Both the position numbers and the translations under genes were made by a program. Positions 26,468 to 37,100 of a DNA stretch of 64,000 bases are shown here, in pieces. Within the stretch, counting starts at the first letter, position 1; each line of letters begins with the position of its first letter. The notes under the pieces were generated by a model, which had not been told where the DNA came from, did not search any database, and saw nothing but the letters and a program-made list of their open reading frames with translations. This DNA is from a virus: the IMG/VR virus record IMGVR_UViG_3300025887_000011, positions 27,808 through 91,807 of that record, one strand, 5' to 3'.

Positions 26468-29400
26468 TTAATTTCCATCTGTAGAAGGATAAAGCCTCCA
26501 AGGTAATACTGTCAAACCCTGGAATGTTGGACCGTAATTTCCTGTGTATTCATCTGTTACGTATAAATTGCCAGTAGGGCCATTTAAAAAAGCATTAGCT
26601 CCTATGTTGGGAGAATCAATATCAAGAAAAACATTCCTTATTTTTGAGCAGTTTTCATAAGCAGAAGCACCTATTGACATGTTTAATTCAAAATAATTAG
26701 CAAAAATAATGTCTCCAGTTATATTAGAACAACCTTTAAATGCATTATCTCCTATTTTAGATAAAGATGGGATATCTTCATAACTAAGTATTTGAGATAT
26801 ACCGCTACAGTTTCTGAACGCTGCGTTATCTATTACTTCTAAACTAGGACCAAGAGCTAAAAAAGGTCCAACTTGAGAACAACCATCAAAAGCTTGATTT
26901 GCTATTCCAGTGGTGCCAAAACCAAAGGCTAATGATCCAGATAAATTATCTAAACCAGCAAAAGCTCTGGTGCCAATAGAAATCAGACCTTCAGAAAGCA
27001 AACGTAATTGTCCTGAAAATCCAGAACATTCATAAAAAGATTCTTTTCCTATTCTTTGGATGTTTGGTGGTAAAGTTAGTCCTCCATTAAAACCAGTACA
27101 TCTTGAAAAACTATAATCATCTAAATATAGTAGGGTTCCTGGTAGTTCTAGCTTTCCAGTAAAATTATAATCATAGAATCCAGAAACACCAACCCCAGTA
27201 ACTCCTTCTTTAAAAGATAGAGTGCTTTGGCTGTCAAAGTTATATGTTTTATAGAATTCAAAAGAACTTTTTTGCACCGAAGACGAAGGACAGGAAGCTA
27301 ATACAAGGCCAGTAAAATAAGATTGGTCAAATACATTTATCCCGACATCTGTAGATGGGCTCATTTGCAAAAACCCACTAAAAGGACTATCTTGAAAAGC
27401 TGAATTTTCGATCTTTTGGACAGAACAACCTATTTTAGCGCTTCCCGATAATCCAGTACAACCTTTAAACGCAGCAAAACCAATGCCAGTGACTGAATTA
27501 GGAATGTTAATAGATCCTGTTAAGTTATATCCAGAAAAAGCATATTCATGCAAACCCGAAGCATTATTATTAATTATTAAGTTTAGATTAATATCTTTAA
27601 ACTCTTCATAGAATCCAGACTTAATCTCTGTTAATGATGAAGCTGTAAATAATCTTCCACCTTCAATATTTATTCCTGAAAAATTTGTTCCATAAAAAAC
27701 ATTTCTTCCTATTGATGTTCCGTCTTCTATATTCAATAACCCTGAAAGGCCAGAACAACCAGAAAATGCGAAGTTTCCTATTTTATTTAAATTGTCGCTA
27801 AATGTCAATCCTCCAGTTAAAGGCCAATTATCAAAAGATCTTGAATTTATGTTTTTAACGCTTTCAGGGAAACTAACAGAACTAGAGTTGCTATTTGATA
27901 AATAGTAGTCAAATTCATTGTTGCTTATGTTTTTAACCCCTTGAGACACTTTAAGGTTTGTAAAATCACATCCAGTAAAAGCTAATGGATGTATCAAACC
28001 GCTTCCAGATTGAGGCTCTAAACCTCCCTCCCATATTGCTGGGAAAGTTGTTAAAGTTTTTGCGTTTGAACAATTTCTAAAAGCTCCGCTTTCTATAGCG
28101 GAATCTCCAGAACCATAAATGAATTGAGCTCTTGATAAAGATATTTCTGAGAAACCACTACAATCATCAAATGCTAAACTTCTTATGCCAGTTAAGGATG
28201 TAGGTAAATCTAATTTACCAGTAAATTGCATTCCTGCAAAAGATCTTTTGTTAATTTGTTCGACCTTTGAAGGAGCTTTGAATGTTAAAATACTTTGCTC
28301 TGCATAATTAGAAGTTGTTTTTGTGTGTATATCTAACCCGTACCAACCGTATCCGAAATAACTAGTATTTGCATTCCGACCTGTAACAGAGTAAATAACA
28401 TTTGGAACTTCTAAGTTTTTAAAATCGTTGTTTTTAAAAGAGTCAGGACTATTAATAAATCTACTGGACTGACCATCCCTGCTTAAATATTGATATGAAG
28501 GCGGAACAGTTAATTTCCCATCAAAAGCATTTAAATCAAAAGCTAGATTAGAAATGGTTGAAATCCCTGTAGAGTTTAATTCTAGATCTCCAGTTAAATT
28601 ACAAAATCGAAACCCCTGACTCCCTACTGACTGCAGATTTTTGCTAAAAAATATTTTTTTCTGTTGTAAACTAGCGCCTCCAAATACACTTGTCGAAGCA
28701 GTCTTTAATTTAGGAAAGTGAAAATCATTTTGAATATCGTAACCTTTAATAAAACCACCTCTGAATGCAAGAGATCCAAGATTTTCCAGGTTGTTATCGA
28801 CAGGAAAAGTAAATTTCCCTTTTGGTGATTTATCTTGGTTATAATCCATTCCAAAAGCACTACTCCCAATGCTGCGTACACTCGCTGGTAGATAAAAGTC
28901 TCCAGTCATATAAGATAGATAGAACCTCGAGGTTATACTTGAGGTCGCGTAAAAAGCCAGATCCTCTATAGTTACAAGACCTTCATTAAGTTTTAAAGTA
29001 TGAATTCCTGTTGTCGGGCTGGCATTACTTGTAGATCTGAAAGACTGGTTAAAAGCATAAGGTTCTATACCAGTTATATTGGATGGTATTTCTAAAACTC
29101 CAGTTATGTAGTTATTAGCAAATCCATAAGTTGGGATTATTTGTAAACCAGTTCCAATTTCTAGGCTTCTAATATTATTATCTCTAAACCCACTTCCCCC
29201 CATAAATACTAATGAATCTGGTATTTTAAGTTCTCCAGTTATAGCCCATCTATAACATGATGCATTAGCTACATTTTTAACGCCCTCTTCTATATTTACA
29301 TATGGGAACGGCTTAGTAGTTTGTGATAGGCGTCTTCTAAACCATTGATAGTCATTTGTTCCATCAAAAGTTAACGTACAAGATTTTACTGTTAAACCAG

Positions 29401-32302
29401 TCAAACTAGAAGGGGGGAAAGAAGAATTTACTCCAGTATCAGCTATAACTCCGCTACCAGCAGACACCTTAGTAAAATTACAACCAGTAAAAGCTAAAGG
29501 GCCTATTTCAAGATCTCCGCAATTAAGTTCTATTTCTTCATCAAATGAAGAACACCCATTGAAAGCATTGTCTCCTATAACACTAACTGACTCTGGAATT
29601 ATCAACTTCCCCGTTAAACTAGAGCAATTCTGGAATGTGTTTTTTCCTATTCCTAGCAAACCGCTTTGAAAATTTAAATTTTTAAATCCAGTTGAATTAT
29701 AAAAAGCAAAATCACCAACCCCAGTTATTTGTTGCCCTATGTTTATAGAACCTGTCAAGCTACTGCAATTATAAAATGTTTTTTCTTTTATTACGTCTAT
29801 TGAATTACTTATAGAAAGTTGGCCGTCAAACCCATCACAATCCTGAAAAACACCAACCCCTAAACCAGTTATTTTAGACGTAATGTTTAAATCTCCTTCG
29901 AAGCTGTTGCATCCAGAAAAAGCATGATTACCAATTAAGCTAACGTTGTTTAAGTTTAAATTACCAGTAAAACTATAACCATCAAAAGCGTTATCTGCTA
30001 TGGTTTTAGTATCATCGCCTAAAGTTAAAGACGCAAATGAAGTTTTAAAAGCGTCAAATTGATTGTCATTTATTGTTTTTACTTTGCTTATGATTATATT
30101 TTTAAAATTATTATTACCAAAAGCATTTGTAGCAATAGTCTTATCTCCAATAATTTGTATTGAAGAGTCAAATCCAGAGCAATCAAAAAAAGCAGCGTCT
30201 TCTATTTCTTTTATGTAATCTGGAAATATAAGATCTCCAGAAAAACCAGCACAACCAGAGAAAACACCTGATTGTAATTTAGATAAACTTGTGCTAAATT
30301 TTAAACCAGTTCCTAAACTTTCACAACCAGCAAAAGAATAGCTTCCTAAACCAGTTATGCTATTAGGCAGTATTAAATTTCCAGTTATATTAGAGCATTC
30401 GTAAAAAGCTTTATTATCAATAATGCTAACTTCTTCATCAAAGAAAATAAAACCATTTATACCAGAGTTATTATTAAAAGCAGACTTGCCTATTCTGTTT
30501 AAGAAAACAGGAAAAACTAAAGATCCAGTGAATTGATAATTGTCGAATGCGTTATCATTTATGCCGCTAAGATAAGGTGACATAGTTAACAACAGCTTTG
30601 AATCAGAAAAATAATCATAACCACCGTCATCTACATAATCAATGAGGTCGTCAAATATTAATTCATTAAATTGACAACCAGAAAAAGCGTTTAAACCAAT
30701 ACTTGTTATTGTACTGTCTGATATTTTTATAGATTTCTTAAAATTAGAACAATTACCAAAAGCTTCTTGTCCTATATTTAAAACATTTCTTGGGATTTCG
30801 AGATCTCCATTTAAGCCAGTGCAATTAAAAAAAGCTTCTCTAGCTATTCCAGATATAGACTCACCAATATAAAGACCACCATCGAATCCAGAACAATTAT
30901 AAAAAGTTTCTGTTTTTACATCTTTAAGTAGATCATGTAGATAAAGATCTCCTTTAAAACCTGCACAATCTTTAAAAGCTGACCTAGATATATTTTCTGT
31001 AAAGTCTGGAATTCTTAAAGCTCCAGTTATATTGGAGCAACCAGAAAAAGCTTCTCTACCTATTGAGTTTGCTAAGGTTCCTATTCTTAATCTTGCAGCG
31101 TTTAAGTCACCGCTACTCCAATAAGAAGGTATATTTGCTTCGGTTGATCTTAACACTGCTCCATTAGAATCGTATACAGTAGAATCGAAAAATGGCGTAG
31201 TCCAAAAGTTAAAATCTTTCTTGTTGTTTATCGGAAATGAAAACGAAGATGAATATGTCATACTTTCGTTTTCTTTCATCGAATAAGAAAAACTCTCTAA
31301 TTGTAAGTTTGGAAACCTCAATATTGAAGCATAGTCAGATTCTAAATTCTCAGCTACTAAAGAGAAAGAATAGCGATCTTCGTCAGCCAGTAAACCAGAT
31401 ATAAATCCAGTTTGGTATTTTGATACGTTCGACTCAATATTTAAAGTGCCCTCTAAAGGAAATTTTATTTTTCTATCACGAATGTAGTCAGAACCTAAGC
31501 CTTCTAAGTTTACCCTGTTTATAGGTATAGTCATAGACATGCTTGTCACCCTATGGTCAGCACCATAAAGATCTTGGCCACCAATTTGGATATTAGCCAA
31601 CACCAAACTCAAACCGCAACTAGTAGCGTGGATATCTGGCTTTGTGAAGTCTAAATATCTTTCAGAAGCTTCGTCATAACCAGAAAGTTTTGTGCCAGAT
31701 ACTAGCAGTCTACCAACTCCATTGTCATTTCCAGATATTAGATTTATAGCTGGAGACTTTATATTACCAGTATAAATATCGCCCTGCATATTAGAGCATT
31801 TATAACTTGTTCTTACTTTTGGTATAGAACCTATCTCGAACGACAAGTTATAAGAGTTTAAGTATGAGTTCCCAAATGAAAATATTTCTCCGCTATTAGG
31901 ATTCTGTAAAGCATTAGAGTCAAAATAATCTATAGCATCAGACCCTTCATCTGGATGGTTATAGAAATAAAAATTATAAGACTTGTCTAATAATTGCTCT
32001 AAAAAACCAGTTGGCTTATAGTTTACACCAGTAACTATACCCAAGCCCATTAAGTTTTCATTAGGCATAAATGGATTATATAGATAATCTATAGTAAGAT
32101 CTATTTCTGGGTGTTTGTTGATGCTATTAAGTTGAAAATCTTTTGATCCAACAGCTCCAGCCTTTTCTCTTTGCATGGATACAGAAAAAGACGAGTTAGT
32201 AACCCCGCCAAACAAAACTCCAGACTCATCGTAATCTTTGAACGATGGAGACTCTCCTATTATTACTAAACTATTATTACTATTTAATCTTATTCTAGAC
32301 AT
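26468..32302 (-). CDS. Tail-tube-like domain (about 370 aa) fused to a long BspA/LRR_5 leucine-rich-repeat array; probable receptor-binding protein
   Basis: N-terminus homologous to the 47250/48501 proteins (GNSYLNSYNLSFEIGSIP...SN; R..LE.LGS...FP); dozens of IG..AF..C..(F/L)TG.L.IP repeats. Confidence 0.85.
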   Translation of the reverse strand: MSRIRLNSNNSLVIIGESPSFKDYDESGVLFGGVTNSSFSVSMQREKAGAVGSKDFQLNSINKHPEIDLTIDYLYNPFMPNENLMGLGIVTGVNYKPTGFLEQLLDKSYNFYFYNHPDEGSDAIDYFDSNALQNPNSGEIFSFGNSYLNSYNLSFEIGSIPKVRTSYKCSNMQGDIYTGNIKSPAINLISGNDNGVGRLLVSGTKLSGYDEASERYLDFTKPDIHATSCGLSLVLANIQIGGQDLYGADHRVTSMSMTIPINRVNLEGLGSDYIRDRKIKFPLEGTLNIESNVSKYQTGFISGLLADEDRYSFSLVAENLESDYASILRFPNLQLESFSYSMKENESMTYSSSFSFPINNKKDFNFWTTPFFDSTVYDSNGAVLRSTEANIPSYWSSGDLNAARLRIGTLANSIGREAFSGCSNITGALRIPDFTENISRSAFKDCAGFKGDLYLHDLLKDVKTETFYNCSGFDGGLYIGESISGIAREAFFNCTGLNGDLEIPRNVLNIGQEAFGNCSNFKKSIKISDSTITSIGLNAFSGCQFNELIFDDLIDYVDDGGYDYFSDSKLLLTMSPYLSGINDNAFDNYQFTGSLVFPVFLNRIGKSAFNNNSGINGFIFFDEEVSIIDNKAFYECSNITGNLILPNSITGLGSYSFAGCESLGTGLKFSTSLSKLQSGVFSGCAGFSGDLIFPDYIKEIEDAAFFDCSGFDSSIQIIGDKTIATNAFGNNNFKNIIISKVKTINDNQFDAFKTSFASLTLGDDTKTIADNAFDGYSFTGNLNLNNVSLIGNHAFSGCNSFEGDLNITSKITGLGVGVFQDCDGFDGQLSISNSIDVIKEKTFYNCSSLTGSINIGQQITGVGDFAFYNSTGFKNLNFQSGLLGIGKNTFQNCSSLTGKLIIPESVSVIGDNAFNGCSSFDEEIELNCGDLEIGPLAFTGCNFTKVSAGSGVIADTGVNSSFPPSSLTGLTVKSCTLTFDGTNDYQWFRRRLSQTTKPFPYVNIEEGVKNVANASCYRWAITGELKIPDSLVFMGGSGFRDNNIRSLEIGTGLQIIPTYGFANNYITGVLEIPSNITGIEPYAFNQSFRSTSNASPTTGIHTLKLNEGLVTIEDLAFYATSSITSRFYLSYMTGDFYLPASVRSIGSSAFGMDYNQDKSPKGKFTFPVDNNLENLGSLAFRGGFIKGYDIQNDFHFPKLKTASTSVFGGASLQQKKIFFSKNLQSVGSQGFRFCNLTGDLELNSTGISTISNLAFDLNAFDGKLTVPPSYQYLSRDGQSSRFINSPDSFKNNDFKNLEVPNVIYSVTGRNANTSYFGYGWYGLDIHTKTTSNYAEQSILTFKAPSKVEQINKRSFAGMQFTGKLDLPTSLTGIRSLAFDDCSGFSEISLSRAQFIYGSGDSAIESGAFRNCSNAKTLTTFPAIWEGGLEPQSGSGLIHPLAFTGCDFTNLKVSQGVKNISNNEFDYYLSNSNSSSVSFPESVKNINSRSFDNWPLTGGLTFSDNLNKIGNFAFSGCSGLSGLLNIEDGTSIGRNVFYGTNFSGINIEGGRLFTASSLTEIKSGFYEEFKDINLNLIINNNASGLHEYAFSGYNLTGSINIPNSVTGIGFAAFKGCTGLSGSAKIGCSVQKIENSAFQDSPFSGFLQMSPSTDVGINVFDQSYFTGLVLASCPSSSVQKSSFEFYKTYNFDSQSTLSFKEGVTGVGVSGFYDYNFTGKLELPGTLLYLDDYSFSRCTGFNGGLTLPPNIQRIGKESFYECSGFSGQLRLLSEGLISIGTRAFAGLDNLSGSLAFGFGTTGIANQAFDGCSQVGPFLALGPSLEVIDNAAFRNCSGISQILSYEDIPSLSKIGDNAFKGCSNITGDIIFANYFELNMSIGASAYENCSKIRNVFLDIDSPNIGANAFLNGPTGNLYVTDEYTGNYGPTFQGLTVLPWRLYPSTDGN

Positions 32303-32304
32303 TT

Positions 32305-33336
32305 TTACCAGGGATTAGTATCTTCTTCAAAGCCTCCATTATCATATCCTCCAAAAAACTCTAGAGCCACGTTCTGTATTGTAGTTGGTATTTCTCCACC
32401 AACAGGAACTTCTCTTGGAATAACACCAAGAGGGTCCTCTTTAAACACAACCTGTAAATCATGACTTTCTGGGCTTTTCCAAACATGATTCCAAGACTGA
32501 CATATATAAACTTTCGGTCTATTATAAACAGTGGGTATATGATGTCTAAATCTTCTATAGCCACCTTTTAATTCTAAAAAATGAAGCATTGTTTTCAACT
32601 GCTTTTTAGATATAGATGTAAAATTATAACTGATTGGAACTAGAGATATATTTTTAGAATCCTTTATTCTTTGTCCGTATGTTCCATCAAATCTACTGAC
32701 TGAGAATTGCACCTGGTTTGTTGTCCCTACATCAGGTTGCCAATAAAAAGATTGACTCCAAGCTGTGTTTATGCCTGTTGGAGAGTTTTCAGAAACGGAA
32801 GAATGTTCACCTGTGCAATAATAAAAGTTGTTCCATTTTTCTTCTGAGTTATCAAAATAAACAATGTCATCTAGTTCGTAATCTAAATCTTCAGACCATT
32901 CTTTAAATTTATATTCTGTAAAATTAGTATTTTTCCAATTTAAAAGGTTTGGAGCTTCATCTACAGAAACAGTAGTGTTGACTCTATAACTGTTTTCTGA
33001 TAAATGGCTTATTGAATAACCATCACAATAACCACTTAGGTCTTTATAAATTAAATTGTCAGTTTTAAATACGAAGCTATTTTGCCCACTTAAAGCCTCT
33101 AAGTCGTTTGCTATTTTTTGAGCGCCTTCTTGATTAACATCATAAGAAACAGAGAAATCTACAACCAAACTATTAACACTTGCAGGGATAAGTGTAAAGT
33201 AGTTATCACTAAGCTTTAAATTTTCATTTTTAGTGGAGAAGCTAGCTTGCAAACCATAACTGGGACAAAAACCAGTAAGATCTACATAGTCTATATCTTT
33301 GAAATTCCTTGTCCTGTCGTAATAATACTCTTCCAT
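32305..33336 (-). CDS. Distal tail protein (lambda gpM-like), tandem duplicated, with central CBM5/12-like insert
   Basis: RFDGTYGQR...N...FL..KGG..F...P....C..W (C-half) and similar N-half; W....Y..DDIV.F...YYC...H.S...P...W insert; located downstream of the TMP. Confidence 0.6.
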   Translation of the reverse strand: MEEYYYDRTRNFKDIDYVDLTGFCPSYGLQASFSTKNENLKLSDNYFTLIPASVNSLVVDFSVSYDVNQEGAQKIANDLEALSGQNSFVFKTDNLIYKDLSGYCDGYSISHLSENSYRVNTTVSVDEAPNLLNWKNTNFTEYKFKEWSEDLDYELDDIVYFDNSEEKWNNFYYCTGEHSSVSENSPTGINTAWSQSFYWQPDVGTTNQVQFSVSRFDGTYGQRIKDSKNISLVPISYNFTSISKKQLKTMLHFLELKGGYRRFRHHIPTVYNRPKVYICQSWNHVWKSPESHDLQVVFKEDPLGVIPREVPVGGEIPTTIQNVALEFFGGYDNGGFEEDTNPW

Positions 33337-34130
33337 TACCCGTGTCCTACGTAATTAAGATCAAGTTTTAAACTTCCGTCTTGAGAAATCCTCAAGGTTT
33401 CATTTATCAAACTTGCGTTTGGTATGTTTACACTTTGTAGTTCTTTTCCGTCTCTACCATTAACAATTATAGATAAGTTTTTATTTTCCTTTAATTCTAA
33501 AAAATTATAAGAATTTTGTAAAAAAGCATCATCAACGTCTATAGAAGCATTAGCTGTGTAAAATATTGGGGCTATTGTTTCTACAGCAAAGGGGTCTTTT
33601 TGACCTATTCCATAGATTGGTTTTCTGTTTATATTTATAGCGTAGTTAAACCCCACAACTCTATTTGTTGTTGAATTATCACATGTTATAGCTATAGATC
33701 CTTGGCTTGGAATATCTATTTTTGGATGTCTTCTTACAGTTCTTTTTCCACCTGCATCAACACCGCTTTTCATTTCATCTGTTATTATAAAATTAGAAGC
33801 AGATTTTGGAACAGCTCCGACTGCACAACTTAAAGAATAATTATTTAGGTAACCTTTTTCAAATCCATAATAAGAATCATTATAAAAAAGACTTGCAGCT
33901 ATCGGTTCAGATCCAGTATAATTTAAGACTGGGTCGTTATATATTAAATTTCTATTTAAAGTTAAGCCTTGTTGTATAGGCCCACTGTTTACTGAGAAAC
34001 CTCTTCTGCTGCCAAGTATATTCTTTACATCTGATGAAGATTTATAAGAAAACTCTAAAGAATTTATACCAGACAGTTCATAATTATCTGTGAAAAGCCT
34101 AGCTTCGTGATTAAATATTCCGTTAAACAT
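33336..34130 (-). CDS. Tail tube paralogue (tube initiator/hub candidate)
   Basis: GYLNNYSLSCAVGAVP and RVVGFNYAININRKPIYGIG match the tube proteins; immediately after the TMP. Confidence 0.65.
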   Translation of the reverse strand: MFNGIFNHEARLFTDNYELSGINSLEFSYKSSSDVKNILGSRRGFSVNSGPIQQGLTLNRNLIYNDPVLNYTGSEPIAASLFYNDSYYGFEKGYLNNYSLSCAVGAVPKSASNFIITDEMKSGVDAGGKRTVRRHPKIDIPSQGSIAITCDNSTTNRVVGFNYAININRKPIYGIGQKDPFAVETIAPIFYTANASIDVDDAFLQNSYNFLELKENKNLSIIVNGRDGKELQSVNIPNASLINETLRISQDGSLKLDLNYVGHG

Positions 34131-37100
34131 TATACTCCTCTTCTAAGTGTTCCTCCAAGTCTCTTCTCTTCATTTATAACCTTAAGAACCTGATCTCTTA
34201 TAAGTTTTGCAATTTTAATGTTGTCATCTTCTTCTTGAGATCCAGTACTTTTTTCTTCGCTATTAGAACCATCACTATTCACCGTTATGGTTATCGCCCC
34301 AGTTGATTCTTTAGTAGCTTTTATTAACTCGTCTAATCTATCTATAACTTCTTCTTGGTTTTCTGGTTCTACTGAAGAAGAATCTCCAGCGTTAAGTTTT
34401 TCTAAGGAAGATTGACCTAATCGACTTGCCGCAGAACTATTTACCACAAACTCTCCACCAGAAAGCATTGTTGGCACTGTATCAATTCCAGGAGCATCTT
34501 GAACTCTTCCTCCAGTAGCAAACCCTTTAGGAGGAAGAAGTCCTCCATTTCCCGATGCCGCAAGACTAAAGAAGTAATCCTGAATCTTTTGGTATAAACT
34601 TTTTTCTATGTCTGAGTTCCTAGAAGGCAAAGTAGATTCAAGAGCTGCGCCTTCACCATAAACAGGGCTTGAAACTTTACCTGCGCTATATTTTCTTATT
34701 GAGTTATCGCTTGAAGCTTTTAAAGCATCTATACTAAGCTGGTCAACTTGAGAGGCTTTTATCGAAGACAATATAGCTTGATTTCTGCTTGTTGATAAAG
34801 TTTTATCTCCAGATATTTGAGATCCTCTTCCGTCTATAATAGCTTGTACAGCTGGGTTTTTGGCAGTAAATCCATATTTTCCAGAATTTGATGTAAACTC
34901 TCCAGATTTGAAAAAGTCTATAGCAGCTGGAGATGTTGAATTTTTTAAGAAATAATTACCTAACCCCTGCTGATTAACAGTCCCTCTATTATTAAAAAAG
35001 TTTGTTAAGCCTCCGTATGTTTGTTCTCCACCGCCATTTAAAGTTCCTCCACCAAAAGCTCCTCTTACTCCAGTCCAAAATTTACTACCTGCAGATAGTG
35101 TTTCCCCAGAGGCAGCTGCTTGTTGTGTAGCTCCTGATATTGCATTCTGAGCACCTGTTGCTGCAACATTTACACCATAGCTAATTACTGCACTTGCTAC
35201 TGTGGATATTATAGCTTTTTTGAATTCTTCTTTTGCTCTTTTATTTTCTGCATCTATCTGAGCTCTTAAATCGTCATCTCTAATAGCTAAATCAAAAGCT
35301 TGTCTTTTTGCGTCTTGAGTAGCTAGTTGAATAGGAGTTCCTGCTTTTCTTCCAAAGTTTGTTAACCTAAGGCTTTCTGGTTCAAGATCAATAAATGCTG
35401 CATTACTTTTTTGATCGCCGCCAATAAAATCAGTAGCTCCATTTGTAAACCCTTGAGTCGCAAAGTTCCTCAAAGCTTCCGCTCCGCTTATTTTTCCAGA
35501 TCCTCTTAATCCTGGAGCGAAATAATTTCCAGTTCCTGTTTGAGTTGGTATTTTATCACGATCAACAATACCACCTTCAGCAAATTGACCGATGTTTCCA
35601 CTGTTTATATCATCAAGAAGTTTCGTGCCGTATTTTTCAACAGACTTTTTCTTAACGACATACTCTCCAGACATTAACAAAGCTGGAACATCGTCCTTGC
35701 TTCCAGAACCTCCGCTCACCGAACCTCCAGAGCTATACCCACCTGCACTGAAAGCATTTACGAAAGCATTTCCTTGGCCTCCTCCTCCTCCTATAATATT
35801 GGCTATTCCACCAATTGCATTCTTTAAATTTGTTCTTGTAAGCTCTTTCAAGAAGCTTGTGGCAGCATCTCTTAATGTTTCTTTTAAATCTTTTCCTTCT
35901 ACAATGGCCGCTTCTATTCCATTTACAATTGCATCTGTAAAATCAACAGCTCCTTTTACTAGCGTATTATTAATATTTTGTACAGCTTCTGGTCCGTCTA
36001 CAGAAAGTTCATCTAAGATTCTTTCTGTAACTTTTTCTGGTTTATTCTTCTGAGCTGCGATTTGTTTTCTCAACTCTTGCAACTCATCTCGACCTTCCTT
36101 AGTTAAAGTCCCCTTACTTTCTTGTTCTGTAAGAGCTTTCGACTTTTGCAACAAATCAAATATTAATAGTCTATCATCGTATTCTCTTTGAAGCTTTCTT
36201 CTTTGAGCCGTGCTTGTTGACTCTATTAAGTCTAATTCAAGTTGATAGTAAGCTCCTAACCTTTGTTGATCAAGCTGTGTTTGTATATCAACATCACTAA
36301 GCCCCTCGTTTCTTCTTGTGATATCTTCTGTCTCGGCCGCTCCAGAAAATTCGGTCCTAGGTTGTATTGGGGTTTGGGTTTCAGAACCGAAACCAAAGAA
36401 GCTTTTTATTTTATTGAAAGCTTTTTTAATAAAGTCTAAGATACCAGAGAAACTTTTTAATGATTCTATTACTGTATTGGTTTCTGTATTTTGGTTTCGT
36501 TGAGCTTCTAATGCTGTTCTCTGGGTCTCTAGTTTTTCTTTTTCTACTTTTGCTGCTTTTTTCTGATCGTCTGTAGATTCAGTATCATTTATAACAGAAT
36601 CTAATTGAGTTATTCTTGTGGTTAAGTTTTCAGAAGCTACATTCAAGCGAGAAAAACCGTCAACAACGCCGCTTACAAAAGAACCTATACTACTAAATTG
36701 TCTAGACGACTGTGTTATAGGGTCTTGTCTATCAGGGCTTGAGATTCCCGCTTGTGTATTCTGAGGATTAGCGTTAGGTCCGAATGTAGAAAGAATCTGT
36801 TTTGTTTTTTCCAACTCTATTCTTAATTTTTCTTGAAGTACGATTTCTTCCTGCCTAAGCTTGTTTAATAACTTTAATCTTTCCCCTTTTTCTGATTCTG
36901 CCCCAATAATATCTACGCCATCACCAGCATTTGGGTTTGCCCTAAACACTTCGCCGCTTCTTAAGTTTGTTTCCGCAGGAGTTGGGAAATCTCCAAGCCT
37001 TCCAGCATCAAAATTATTTCTAAAATTGGAAGCACTGCTATCTTCTGTCACTGATTCAATAGCCGAGCTAAAACCCTGCACTGCTACCGCTGACTGAGCT

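Noticed and set aside
26468-32302. Diversity-generating retroelement target in the LRR gene
   Set aside because: No reverse transcriptase and no template/variable repeat pair seen in the window
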